NCBI GenBank assembly: GCA_046483985.1
Contig: JAWOCD010000107.1
Location: 1 to 41,299, forward strand
Direction: 5' to 3'
Origin: Promethearchaeia archaeon
GTDB lineage: Archaea > Asgardarchaeota > Lokiarchaeia > Sigyniarchaeales > SOKP01
Length of the DNA stretch: 41,299 bases
The position numbers and the translations under genes are program-made. The notes below the pieces were generated by a model. It worked only from the letters and a program-made list of their open reading frames with translations. It had not been told where the DNA came from and did not search any database. Shown here in pieces: positions 9,548 through 19,109 of the stretch (positions within the stretch are counted from its first letter, which is position 1; each line of letters begins with the position of its first letter).

Positions 9548-10519
9548 CTAATCGAATTTGAGATTTTCTGAAGAGATTGGCAAATCAAAAAAATTAATCG
9601 CATTTCTAACAGTCCGCTCTGCAACTCGTTTTTGTGACATATTATGAGTATAGGCGATAGCTGCAACCGAATATTTTACATTAGAGGGAATATTATAGGG
9701 TCCGCGTTTATAGGGATGTTGATAATAGCTATCTGTCTCAGTTACTAATGAAGTAAGAGGGGTATGACGTGTATTCTCCCGCCATCTTTTAAATCCATAG
9801 GCAGAACTGGGAACAGATAAAGTAAAACCCTTTTCAGGTAAGGAACGACCATATTCTTCCGGACCCGAGAAACAATGAAACATAACTCTGTTCGGGTCAA
9901 GGTCAAACTCTTCCATAATTTCCAAAATGGTCTTGGTGGCGCCATCTTCCTTATTAAATCGATGTTTTGGATTCCGTTTATCTAAATCTCGGGAAGAGGG
10001 ATTTCGTACATGAATAATATAGGGTTTTCCTAAATCTATTGTTTCCCGAAAAATCCTTTTTAATTCAGAGATTTGCCGTTTACGTTTTTTGAGCGTTTTA
10101 GCATGATGAAAGTCTAATCCAATTTCTCCAATTGCAAGGAATTTGTCCGGATTATTCCTTACAAAATCTAACCATTTCTTCGATTCTTCCACATATTGTG
10201 ATTTTGGGGTATAGGTAACGGTCTGCGGTGCCCACCCGCAGGTGAAACCGTAATTTTCGGTATGATTCTCCATAAACTCTAACGTTAATTGTAACCCCTC
10301 CCAGTCAATCGAGCATGAAATCAGATACAAACCCCCATCTTCAAAATATTGCGTGTATTGCTTACTTGCGGAAGGAACTGTGTTTTTTTTCTTAGGGTAA
10401 GGCATGTGGCAATGAACATCAATAAACTTTATATCTGTTTCTGGGTCTGGTACCTTTGATTTGTTCGTCAAAATCTTCACTATCCTATTATTTTTATTAT
10501 TACAATTGTTTCTAATCAA
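9548..10519 (-). CDS. tatD: TatD family metal-dependent hydrolase/DNase
   Basis: DVHCH, AIGEIGLD, IHVR, FHCFSG and ETDS motifs. The start is uncertain and may lie downstream of 10519. Confidence 0.88.
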   Translation of the reverse strand: MIRNNCNNKNNRIVKILTNKSKVPDPETDIKFIDVHCHMPYPKKKNTVPSASKQYTQYFEDGGLYLISCSIDWEGLQLTLEFMENHTENYGFTCGWAPQTVTYTPKSQYVEESKKWLDFVRNNPDKFLAIGEIGLDFHHAKTLKKRKRQISELKRIFRETIDLGKPYIIHVRNPSSRDLDKRNPKHRFNKEDGATKTILEIMEEFDLDPNRVMFHCFSGPEEYGRSLPEKGFTLSVPSSAYGFKRWRENTRHTPLTSLVTETDSYYQHPYKRGPYNIPSNVKYSVAAIAYTHNMSQKRVAERTVRNAINFFDLPISSENLKFD

Positions 10520-10757
10520 TTTAATTTTACGTCTAAATTTCCTAATTTTTTAGAAAGAAATTTTAAGCCTATAAACAAGAAAACTCTATGAAATGCGAGT
10601 CAAAACGACTAATCCAACAAAATTAGGTTCGTACTCCTTAATACGTAATACATACATTAGACAATACAGGGTTGAATAAGTATTTAAATCAAAAATTTCT
10701 CATGGTCTATTTTTTTATATAGTTCAAAAATATATACTAAATAAGAACGTGATTTAA

Positions 10758-10955
10758 ATGAGTTCCCAATCGCTCGAACAAACCCACCTCACATTAGATA
10801 GGTTCTTCCAAACTCAACCCCAAGAGATCTTAGAGAAAATCAAAAAAATAAATAAAATCCTTCAAGGAAGGAAACATCTTTCTAAAGCTCAAAAATCCTT
10901 CTATTGTAAGGAAGAACGGAAGTATATGAAACTTTATTTAAAAAGGTTGATTTAG
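10758..10955 (+). CDS. Small basic hypothetical protein
   Basis: 65-aa ATG-initiated ORF after AT-rich promoter-like sequence; has a HLTLDRFF motif resembling a PIP box (QxxLxxFF). Confidence 0.55.
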   Translation: MSSQSLEQTHLTLDRFFQTQPQEILEKIKKINKILQGRKHLSKAQKSFYCKEERKYMKLYLKRLI

Positions 10956-11052
10956 AAGGGAATATATTAAATGTGCCATAATATTAAATCACCTCCCATA
11001 CGAACTAAACTATATTTTTAAAAGATGATTTTTTATTTAATTAGAGTAAAAA

Positions 11053-11724
11053 ATGGCTAATTGGGATAATATAGAAAAACAATACCAAGATGTAATAGAA
11101 CAGTTTCCCTCTATCCAATTAATCGATAATAAAATCTACCACTTTCGGCTACCACTCCTTAATCAAGTTTCTTTAGAGGTCAATTTCGAATCATATCCAC
11201 GTAAACCCGATATTGTACTTGTTAAACCCTCTGGTGAGCAATATGATAAAATACAGAACCAAGTACCCACCTTAAAAAGATGGAAAAGAAGAGACCCAGG
11301 AAATATTGCCGAAGTGATTCAAGAAATATTAATGATAATTGAGTCCATGAAATCGGAGGAAATTATGATTAAAAAGGAATTAATGAATGGATTGTTTGCA
11401 CTTTGTCAGGAGCAGCACCCAAATGAGATTTTGGGGTTCTTAAGAGTCGAAGGAGGGGTAGTTTCAGAATTCATTCTCCCTCCAGGGGCCAGTACCAATG
11501 AGCGTTCTGGGATTTTCAGTCCTCGGAGAATGGGGATTGACCACTCGATACGAGGGAGCGTTCATTCCCACCCTACTGGTAATCCATTCCCTTCTCAAGC
11601 GGATTTAAGAGGCGTTTTTCGGAAAAAGGAGTTCAATTTTATTATCGCCTCCCCTTATAATTCCTACTCTTGCGTGAAATGTTTCGATCAATTGGGAAAT
11701 GAATTAAAATTTCGTACCGTATGA
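11053..11724 (+). CDS. UEV/E2-like domain fused to JAMM/MPN+ metalloprotease
   Basis: C-terminal JAMM motif E(HPNE)...HSHPTGNPFPSQAD. The N-terminal ~100 aa show a UBC-fold pattern (YPRKP, L-x-x-W, IAEVIQEI) and have no Cys. Confidence 0.8.
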   Translation: MANWDNIEKQYQDVIEQFPSIQLIDNKIYHFRLPLLNQVSLEVNFESYPRKPDIVLVKPSGEQYDKIQNQVPTLKRWKRRDPGNIAEVIQEILMIIESMKSEEIMIKKELMNGLFALCQEQHPNEILGFLRVEGGVVSEFILPPGASTNERSGIFSPRRMGIDHSIRGSVHSHPTGNPFPSQADLRGVFRKKEFNFIIASPYNSYSCVKCFDQLGNELKFRTV

Positions 11725-11800
11725 GATTTTCCGATCGAATTTGATTCGAATTAATCCTCTTGACTGGACTTTTTTTGACTTCTTTGCTTGCATTTTATCA

Positions 11801-12079
11801 TTAAAGGCAAAAGAATACCCCGTCCTTTAGGACCCATTCGAACTCGAATTAATCGCAATTGATTAGTCCTATACTTCATCTACTTGTCCAGAGTGTCAAG
11901 CTAAAATATCGAAATGACCGAGATGTGGTGGGAAGCATAAAATCCTTAAAAAGTATAATCAAGTTCACCCTCCCTTCGGGGACGACCTTTTCTGGCTGGA
12001 ACACCACCTTGTATTGTCCACTGTATGTATTAAGTAATAAGAACTTTGAATCCTACGCCTTTAGGCGTGAGTGGTTCAA
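11801..12079 (+). mobile_element. tnpB: Internally deleted IS200/IS605-family element (TnpB C-terminal relic plus ends)
   Basis: Left-end-like hairpin GAATACCCCGTCCTTTAGGAC (11813-11833); CPEC zinc knuckle at about 11885, frameshifted by 1 nt from NDRDVVGSI (RuvC-III-like); right-end hairpin GAATCCTACGCCTTTAGGCGTGAGTGGTTCAA ending at 12079. Confidence 0.75.
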
Positions 12080-12133
12080 GTAGGTCAAAAGGACTAAAAT
12101 TTTTTTAGAGTGAAAATCTAAAATAAAATAATC

Positions 12134-13270
12134 ATGGAATTAAAAGCTAAACTTAAACAAATAGCAGAACCTTTTCAAGAAGTAAAGATATGTGAAGATT
12201 CCGGGATCGTCGTAATGGACGAAAAAGCCGATCCTCAATATGTAAAGAAAATTCGGTGGTGGAATCTTATCGAGGCTTTTACGGTTTATGGTTTAATCTT
12301 ACTTATTGTATGGGTAAGCATGTTGGATACTGCCTTGTGGTGGATGTGGGCAGGATTAGGAGCATTATTATTTTGGACTTTTATATTCTCTCCGATTGTT
12401 CATTATAAATATGAAAAAAATATTTATTTAACTGAGCAGCAGCAAAAACGCGGAGTTTGGTTTTATGTATTTGAATGTAGGGGGTTAGGGTCTCCTAAGA
12501 GATATTATTATTCAGAAGATGGCGAACAGCCGTATCTTAAAAAATATTTTAAACAAATCATAGTCGTTACATTATTTTTAGATATTCTTTTTATCGGAGC
12601 ATTAATTGGGTATGATGCAGAAGTATCAGAGATTTTGGGCACACTTGCTGACAATGTGGTGGCGAAAATTTCTTTAGAAATATCACTTATCGCCTTAGTA
12701 GATTTCTTACTCATTTTTTTGGCTTATCCTGTCATGCTTCGATTAGATAATTTTAATGGCAGCGTAAAATTCATGATTGCCTTTATTCTTTTTACGATTC
12801 CTTTTATTTTATTATTTAACCTCTTTTTTCAGTTAGTCCAACCAGGTCTTGGTCCCATTTTGGGGGATAATCCATTTTTTGGTTTTCAAGGAGATACGGC
12901 AGCAGAGCGGCTTGCCAGTTTGAATTTGATTGAAGTGATGGGACAATGGGCAGGATACGTTTTTTGGGGGTGGCTGCAGCAGATGTTGTTCCTTGGAGTA
13001 TTTAATACCTATTTTGCCCGTGGATTTGAGATTCGAGAGAAAAGGCCAAGACATCTTGCTTGTTTTTGTTCGGGATTATTCTTTGGTTTAATTCATCTTC
13101 CTAATTTCTGGTTATCGTTCTTCACATTTATCTCTGGATATATTTGGGCATTATTCTTCATGCAATCCCGAAATCTATGGGTTATGGGCATTATGCACGG
13201 ATTAGGTGGGACTTTACTTAATAAGTTAGTACCCATTAATTTCTCGGTGGGACCTTCAGAGGTTGCTTAA
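12134..13270 (+). CDS. Polytopic membrane protein with degenerate CPBP/Abi (CAAX protease-like) domain
   Basis: About 10 TM segments; QQMLFLG in place of EExxxRG; FFGLIH; SRNLWVMGIMHGLGG in place of HxxxN. Confidence 0.72.
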   Translation: MELKAKLKQIAEPFQEVKICEDSGIVVMDEKADPQYVKKIRWWNLIEAFTVYGLILLIVWVSMLDTALWWMWAGLGALLFWTFIFSPIVHYKYEKNIYLTEQQQKRGVWFYVFECRGLGSPKRYYYSEDGEQPYLKKYFKQIIVVTLFLDILFIGALIGYDAEVSEILGTLADNVVAKISLEISLIALVDFLLIFLAYPVMLRLDNFNGSVKFMIAFILFTIPFILLFNLFFQLVQPGLGPILGDNPFFGFQGDTAAERLASLNLIEVMGQWAGYVFWGWLQQMLFLGVFNTYFARGFEIREKRPRHLACFCSGLFFGLIHLPNFWLSFFTFISGYIWALFFMQSRNLWVMGIMHGLGGTLLNKLVPINFSVGPSEVA

Positions 13271-13302
13271 AGGAATTTTATTTTTCTTCTTTTCTCTTAA
13301 AC

Positions 13303-13818
13303 TTATTTTTTTAATTTAAATTCCCAGGCACAGTAATATTCCTCTGGATGGTCATCGGGTGGACAACAGATACATTTTGTTTCGATTCGAGGATCAACGG
13401 TCTTAGCAAATTTTCTATACTCGATAATGCCAACTTGTTTGCATGGAAAATCAGATAATCCTTTTTGGTTTCTCTTGGTTTGCACTCTGCACTTATTCAT
13501 TCGAAAGATACATTTATTATGGGATACTTGTATTATCTCTTGTTCATTAATATTAGCATACACCCGATATCGTAAAGCCTTCATAAGGGCGGGGATACCT
13601 CCATTCTTTTCAATTCCGAAGCGTCTCATGATCCGTTTTGCCTCAACGACCGTGAATACTTTCCATGATTCTTGATCGCACCTGATGGCAGCCTCCATGC
13701 CAAACTCTTTCTCAACCGCTTGGAACCACGTGCCGTCAATGGCTAACCAATTCTTCGAGATATCCTCAATATAATCCAGTAATTCTTCCTTTGATAACTT
13801 TTCTAAATCTTTTCTCAA
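13303..13818 (-). CDS. DUF6125-like protein (V4R/EctA-like fold, Cys-containing)
   Basis: WLAIDGTWFQAVEKEFG, CRVQ, PCKQVG and CCPPD-H...CAWEF motifs; TTG start. Confidence 0.72.
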   Translation of the reverse strand: MRKDLEKLSKEELLDYIEDISKNWLAIDGTWFQAVEKEFGMEAAIRCDQESWKVFTVVEAKRIMRRFGIEKNGGIPALMKALRYRVYANINEQEIIQVSHNKCIFRMNKCRVQTKRNQKGLSDFPCKQVGIIEYRKFAKTVDPRIETKCICCPPDDHPEEYYCAWEFKLKK

Positions 13819-13925
13819 TTTCCTGCTCCTTATACTTTATTCAAAAATAAAATAGTGATTTAAATAATTAAAATTATTGAAACCTAAAAAATTGAAAGGA
13901 TTTTTAAATCGAGTAACTAAAGTAT

Positions 13926-14846
13926 TTAATCCTTAGAAATCTGTTGAGCTATGTAATCAGGTAAGAAATACTCATATGAAAAGCCAAGATTCTGTATTTT
14001 CGTGGTATCTGCAATATTTCTCTGGAGCTCGTCGACCTCTGATTCTTCATATATAACATCAGTTGTATTGTTTAGCTGTTGGCTCATCATCTCGACTAAA
14101 TCATTTACAGAATATTCTTCAGGTCCAGAAAGGTTAAATTCTTCATGGAAAGCCCTCTTATTTCCTAAAACTAGATTTATTGCAGCACAGATATCCTTGA
14201 TATGCATAAAGGCTCTTTTTTGAGTGCCATCTCCGAAAATGGTGAGCGGTTTGTTATTTTTGATCTTATTTCCAATAATACTAATGATATTGGTCTGACC
14301 CCGCCCATACACCGAAAATGGCCTCACTATAGTATAGTTTAAACCTAAAGTCCCAAAAGATTTGATTACTTCTTCGCTCATTAACTTTGTGAAGCCGTAT
14401 ATATTAATCGGCTCCTTAGGAGTATGTTCATTGATGGGAAAAGATCTAGGTTTTCCATAGATTTGCCCGGACGAGAAATGTAAAAAATGCGAAATTCGGT
14501 AAGTAAGTGCTTTTTGTGCCAATTTTTTGGTGCCAACCACATTAACTTTAAAATATTCATCATAATGTTCCCGAGTCCCTTGTCGGACACTGGTCAATGC
14601 AGCGCAGTGAATAACAAAATCAATTTCCCTAAAATCGGGAAAATCCCAAGATTGGCTGCGAAAATCTTGTTCCCAGTACTCGATCTTTTTGTCCGTATAG
14701 CCCTTTTCTTTAATACGTTGCCTTAGTCGGCTAACACTCTTCTTTGAACTTCCATGAGCGAAAATTCGAAAACCTTGCTTTAGAAAGTTTTTCAATAGCC
14801 ACGAACCAATAAATCCAGTTGCTCCAGTAATAAGGACGGTTTTCAT
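13926..14846 (-). CDS. NAD-dependent epimerase/dehydratase (extended SDR)
   Basis: ITGATGFIG, HCAA, SS, YGFTK (YxxxK), RPFSVYG and GDGTQKRAFMHIKD motifs. Confidence 0.92.
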   Translation of the reverse strand: MKTVLITGATGFIGSWLLKNFLKQGFRIFAHGSSKKSVSRLRQRIKEKGYTDKKIEYWEQDFRSQSWDFPDFREIDFVIHCAALTSVRQGTREHYDEYFKVNVVGTKKLAQKALTYRISHFLHFSSGQIYGKPRSFPINEHTPKEPINIYGFTKLMSEEVIKSFGTLGLNYTIVRPFSVYGRGQTNIISIIGNKIKNNKPLTIFGDGTQKRAFMHIKDICAAINLVLGNKRAFHEEFNLSGPEEYSVNDLVEMMSQQLNNTTDVIYEESEVDELQRNIADTTKIQNLGFSYEYFLPDYIAQQISKD

Positions 14847-14945
14847 CGTTTATTCTGTAATAATAATCATTTTATAATGTAGTATTTTTGCTAATATTAA
14901 TGCAAATTAGAAAGAGAAAAAAGAGAGTTTTGCAAGTCGAAAAGT

Positions 14946-16556
14946 TTACCACACTAAATTATTAATCACATCGCGTGCTTTTTTTGCTGTTTTCTTTTTG
15001 ATGATCTTCTTAATTCGTAGGTCGTTAATGGATTCCTCAAGCCTGGTGTCTAAATTTTTGATGGTTTCCATTAAGTTCGATTTTTGACCTTCTCGCTCGA
15101 CTAAATTCACCATGGGAGTCAATTTGTTCATATATTTCGACAGTTGATCCCGGAAATTGTCTTTTACTTTTGGACTGACCACGCTGCCTTCATCAATCAT
15201 AACTGGGAGGATAGGGGCTCTTTCATTAGTCTTGTTGGTTTTCGTATCGATAAAATAAAAGATAAAGATAGGTATGCCGACTACCACGTTGTCAGTCTTG
15301 ATTTCAATGGTGTAATCGTTAAAGAATTCTTGTACGGCATTCAATTCATCATCTTTTATACTCTCAATATTTTGAAGGGCTTCTTGTTTTGCTTCCTTAA
15401 TTTTGACAATAATTTCCTCCGCTGAAGCAATGTTTTGATTAAGATTTTGATGTTTCGCATCAATATCACTCTCAACTTCACCAATTTTTGTTTCTAACTC
15501 TGATATTTTTTGCTGGTGCATTCGTGCAATATCTCGTTGTTCTTTTTCCAAGTTACTTTTTAGTTGATCAAGTTCATTTTGATATCGGGTAATTGCATTT
15601 CCCATATTTTTATATTGACGATTTAGGTCTTTCATTGCCTCATCCAGAAGAAAGAGGTTCTTTTTGGTAATTGCTTTTTCAAGACGGGAAACGCTGTTTT
15701 TCAGGGAATTGATATTGTTATAAAATTCCGTTGTCTTATCATTTATTTTGTATTTCCCCGATTTTATCAGCTCTTCTGGAGAATTTTTCAAATCTCGTTC
15801 CTTTTCTTTTTTTAACTCTTTGTTGAGCATTTCCAATTTCTTTTCTTCTTCACTGGTATCTACCTTGGTTCCTTTAAATTTTTGAGCTTTATTTTTCCCT
15901 TGTTCTATCCACTTATCACATAACTCTACGATAATATCTACGTAATTATCCAGCATTTTTACGTCTTTCAACGCCACAAAATCGTAAATCTCAGGCGCTA
16001 TTTTTATTTGATCCACGCTTTTGGCAATTGGTTCCCCTTCAAGTAAAAAGTAAGGCTGATTATAGTTGTCTAAATTATATTGATTACGAAAGAAATTGCG
16101 AAAATATCCAATTTGCTCGGTATTAAATAAGGCTTCTTGCACTATTTTATTTCTTTTAAATTTCTTAAAGAAAGTCCTCTCTTCTAAATATTCGTCATTA
16201 TATTCCTTAAGAGATTCCAAGAAAGACTCCGGATCAGAACCACTGATGATATTATCCGGTTTAGCTGGGATTTGGTTCCATTTCCCGACGCGTATTTTCT
16301 CTTGGGAATTCAGTAAATATGAACACACACAAGCTCTTGTATCACTAAGAGGTATTAACTGTACCGGCCAGAAGGCCTGAGCAATCTGTCCAATTTTCCC
16401 ATAAGAATCAATTTTTCTGCCATACACATCAATTAATTCCACTAACGCCATAGCTATTTCATTTAAGAGGGTTGCTTTTGACCTTGCTGGCAAGACATCA
16501 CCGAGGTTAACCAAAAAAGGAATTGTTTTTTTCGGTGCCATTTTTTTTCCACTCAA
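14946..16556 (-). CDS. Hypothetical protein with long central coiled coil
   Basis: 536-aa ORF with TTG start; heptad-rich K/E/L segment at about aa 230-410 between two globular parts. Confidence 0.75.
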   Translation of the reverse strand: MSGKKMAPKKTIPFLVNLGDVLPARSKATLLNEIAMALVELIDVYGRKIDSYGKIGQIAQAFWPVQLIPLSDTRACVCSYLLNSQEKIRVGKWNQIPAKPDNIISGSDPESFLESLKEYNDEYLEERTFFKKFKRNKIVQEALFNTEQIGYFRNFFRNQYNLDNYNQPYFLLEGEPIAKSVDQIKIAPEIYDFVALKDVKMLDNYVDIIVELCDKWIEQGKNKAQKFKGTKVDTSEEEKKLEMLNKELKKEKERDLKNSPEELIKSGKYKINDKTTEFYNNINSLKNSVSRLEKAITKKNLFLLDEAMKDLNRQYKNMGNAITRYQNELDQLKSNLEKEQRDIARMHQQKISELETKIGEVESDIDAKHQNLNQNIASAEEIIVKIKEAKQEALQNIESIKDDELNAVQEFFNDYTIEIKTDNVVVGIPIFIFYFIDTKTNKTNERAPILPVMIDEGSVVSPKVKDNFRDQLSKYMNKLTPMVNLVEREGQKSNLMETIKNLDTRLEESINDLRIKKIIKKKTAKKARDVINNLVW

Positions 16557-16666
16557 TTTGCATTATAATTTTGATCTTATTAATTAATTGGTTAAAAAAG
16601 AAATTTAAATTTTGTTTTTCTTTTAGATTAAATAATAATGAGTGTTAAGAATTTTGGTTTGAATCC

Positions 16667-17377
16667 ATGAAAAAATTAACCCTATCTGTGTTTATTGGTT
16701 GTATTATTCTATATACTACCATATTCTCCCCATTTGCTTTCTCTATAGAAAGCAGTATTGATGTCACGGAAGGAGAGGAGTTTATTTGGAAGGTCGAAAC
16801 ATTTAAGGAAGAGATATATAATACATATTTCACTGAAGATGCGGATTTTATCGAAGGGGTTCAAGAGAAGAAAGCAATTACCGGAATTGAAGAGAGATCA
16901 GAGTATTGGGAGGTATCCTTTGAGTATTGGAATTATACGCTCAATACAGATAAATTAACAGAGGAAGCGGACTCCAAAAAAAGTTATATCATTTATAAAG
17001 ATCCCGAAGTCCAAGCAAATAAAACTCTCACCATAGAAGATATATTAAATTTATGGCTCATTCCCACGCCGATCTCAAATTATCTGACGGAATACCGGGA
17101 CCACTTCAATATCTCCTATGTTGCTCTCACTACCACAGATAATGGAGTAACATATGTCATTAGTCCGGTGGATTATGAGATTCAGATTCAGTATACGCCT
17201 AATGGAGTAGCAAAAAACATCAAATATGTGGAGACAGACGGTAATGTGTTTGTAGAAATCGGATTGTATTCCGAATTGATTCATGGATACCCTCTTTTAC
17301 CGCTCCTTATCTCAGTTCTCGCAGCGCTTTCGTATCTTTTTATTTGGATGAGGATAAAATATATAAGCAGAGATTAA
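16667..17377 (+). CDS. Secreted/surface protein with C-terminal Loki-CTERM-like anchor
   Basis: Signal peptide MKKLTLSVFIGCIILYTTIFSPFAFS; C-terminal IHGY motif, TM helix and basic tail. Confidence 0.75.
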   Translation: MKKLTLSVFIGCIILYTTIFSPFAFSIESSIDVTEGEEFIWKVETFKEEIYNTYFTEDADFIEGVQEKKAITGIEERSEYWEVSFEYWNYTLNTDKLTEEADSKKSYIIYKDPEVQANKTLTIEDILNLWLIPTPISNYLTEYRDHFNISYVALTTTDNGVTYVISPVDYEIQIQYTPNGVAKNIKYVETDGNVFVEIGLYSELIHGYPLLPLLISVLAALSYLFIWMRIKYISRD

Positions 17378-17445
17378 GAAGATAGATGGTTTTTTATTGC
17401 TATCATTCCTAAATTATAGTATAAAAAACAGAAAATGATTATGAT

Positions 17446-18258
17446 ATGAGAGAAAATTTTTTAGAAGGAAAAGGCGCCTTAATTACCGGTGGGGCATCTG
17501 GGTTTGGAAAGGGATTTGCGAAGGGTTATGCCGAGCGAGGAGCTGATTTAGTCTTGGTGGATATTAATGAAGAAAAACTGGAAAAAACTGTAAACGAATT
17601 AACCTCAAAATTTAATTGCAAGGTATTACCCATTGTCTGCGATGTTTCTAAGTCTGATGAGGTGAAGGCAATGGCAAAACAAGCGTTTAATGAACTGGAT
17701 AACATTTATATCTTGAACAATAATGCAGGAGTCGGTGATCCGTATGGAAAAACGCTGTTGCGAATTAAAGAGAAGTCGTGGGATAGAATTATGAACATTA
17801 ACTTGAAAGGGCAATGGCTGGTCAGTAAGTTCGTATGTAAGCAAATGAAAAAGCAAGACTTCGAACCTCTAACCGGAAAGGTTATCCATACCGCCTCCAT
17901 TGCTGGGATGGTTTCAGATAAAAAATTAAGCGCATATAGCATCGCGAAAACGGGGGTCATTGCAATGATGCAAACGCTTGCCAGAACGCTCGCACCTGAA
18001 ATAACGGTGAATTCCATCTCCCCCGGATATCATGTCACGGGAATCTATAATAATTCAAAAGAAGTCATGAAATTTACCATGGATGATGGAAATGTTAAAA
18101 CTCCCTTAAACCGATTGGGGACAGTAGATGATGTGGTGAAGGTATCATTATTTCTGGCATCGCCCGCATCCAATTTCATCACGGGTCATAATTTCCCGGT
18201 GGATGGGGGAATAGCCGAGGTTGGTGTTCCTCCCAATTACTTAGAAACCGACGTGTAA
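17446..18258 (+). CDS. Classical SDR oxidoreductase (FabG-like)
   Basis: TGGASGFG, NNAG, YSIAK, NSISPG and ITGHNFPVDGG motifs. Confidence 0.92.
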   Translation: MRENFLEGKGALITGGASGFGKGFAKGYAERGADLVLVDINEEKLEKTVNELTSKFNCKVLPIVCDVSKSDEVKAMAKQAFNELDNIYILNNNAGVGDPYGKTLLRIKEKSWDRIMNINLKGQWLVSKFVCKQMKKQDFEPLTGKVIHTASIAGMVSDKKLSAYSIAKTGVIAMMQTLARTLAPEITVNSISPGYHVTGIYNNSKEVMKFTMDDGNVKTPLNRLGTVDDVVKVSLFLASPASNFITGHNFPVDGGIAEVGVPPNYLETDV

Positions 18259-18547
18259 TCAATCTTTTCTTCTTTTTTATTTTCTTTATGGATTTCACAA
18301 TAATTTTAGGGTTAATTATCTCGATCTCCTTTTTTAAGATTTCCTTTGGAAATTTTTGGTTTTGTTTTTATGAAATAATTTCTGGGGTAAGAAGCTAATT
18401 ATAAAAAGACCGAAAGATATCTTGTAAGTCTTCGGAAATCTATTGGAAAATAAGCCGCTCGGCGTTCGAGAAGGAGTTTTAAAGAATTGAATTAAAAATT
18501 TAAAATTTAAAAAAATATTAATTAAATAATCGGAGATTAATACATAT

Positions 18548-18943
18548 ATGATAAATATAATTTTAGCAGTATTTCAGATTCTGATAGCCTTAGGAATTGT
18601 TGGGTTTTGGATTGGGTTCTTTATCGGTGGAAAAGACAAGATGGATGAAATCGAATTAGTCCATGAAAAAACGTTTCCATTACCTGATTTGGGTTGGATA
18701 GTTCCGCTGTTGATTATTGCTGCGATTGGACTCATTTTAGAAGTTGGATTCGGATACCTCTTCTCAGCGGTAGCAGGTGGAGGGATGATGTTTTTGGGTT
18801 TAATAGATTTCGCCTTCCACGTACAAAATGACAAATACAAAACAAAAGACTTCGATGCCTATTTCAGCATATTCATAGACGGAGTTAACATAATCTTTAG
18901 CATAATTTTCATCGTATACGCTTACTTTAACCTACAAATCTAA
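18548..18943 (+). CDS. Small 4-TM membrane protein
   Basis: Four hydrophobic helices; HEKTFPLPD loop motif. Confidence 0.75.
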   Translation: MINIILAVFQILIALGIVGFWIGFFIGGKDKMDEIELVHEKTFPLPDLGWIVPLLIIAAIGLILEVGFGYLFSAVAGGGMMFLGLIDFAFHVQNDKYKTKDFDAYFSIFIDGVNIIFSIIFIVYAYFNLQI

Positions 18944-19109
18944 CTATTATTTATTTTTTCTTTTTCACTTTTTATTTTTCTAATCGTGTTTTTCCCTCTT
19001 ATTTTTCGTTATACTTTCATATTGGAAGGGGCTTTATATTATAAAATTGAATATCTTGCCTTCAGAGGGGATGGAAATCTTTAAATGAAAAAAGAATTCA
19101 ATAAATAAT

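Noticed and set aside
11859-12083. 74-aa ORF as a functional gene
   Set aside because: It is the frameshifted tail of tnpB running into the IS right end.
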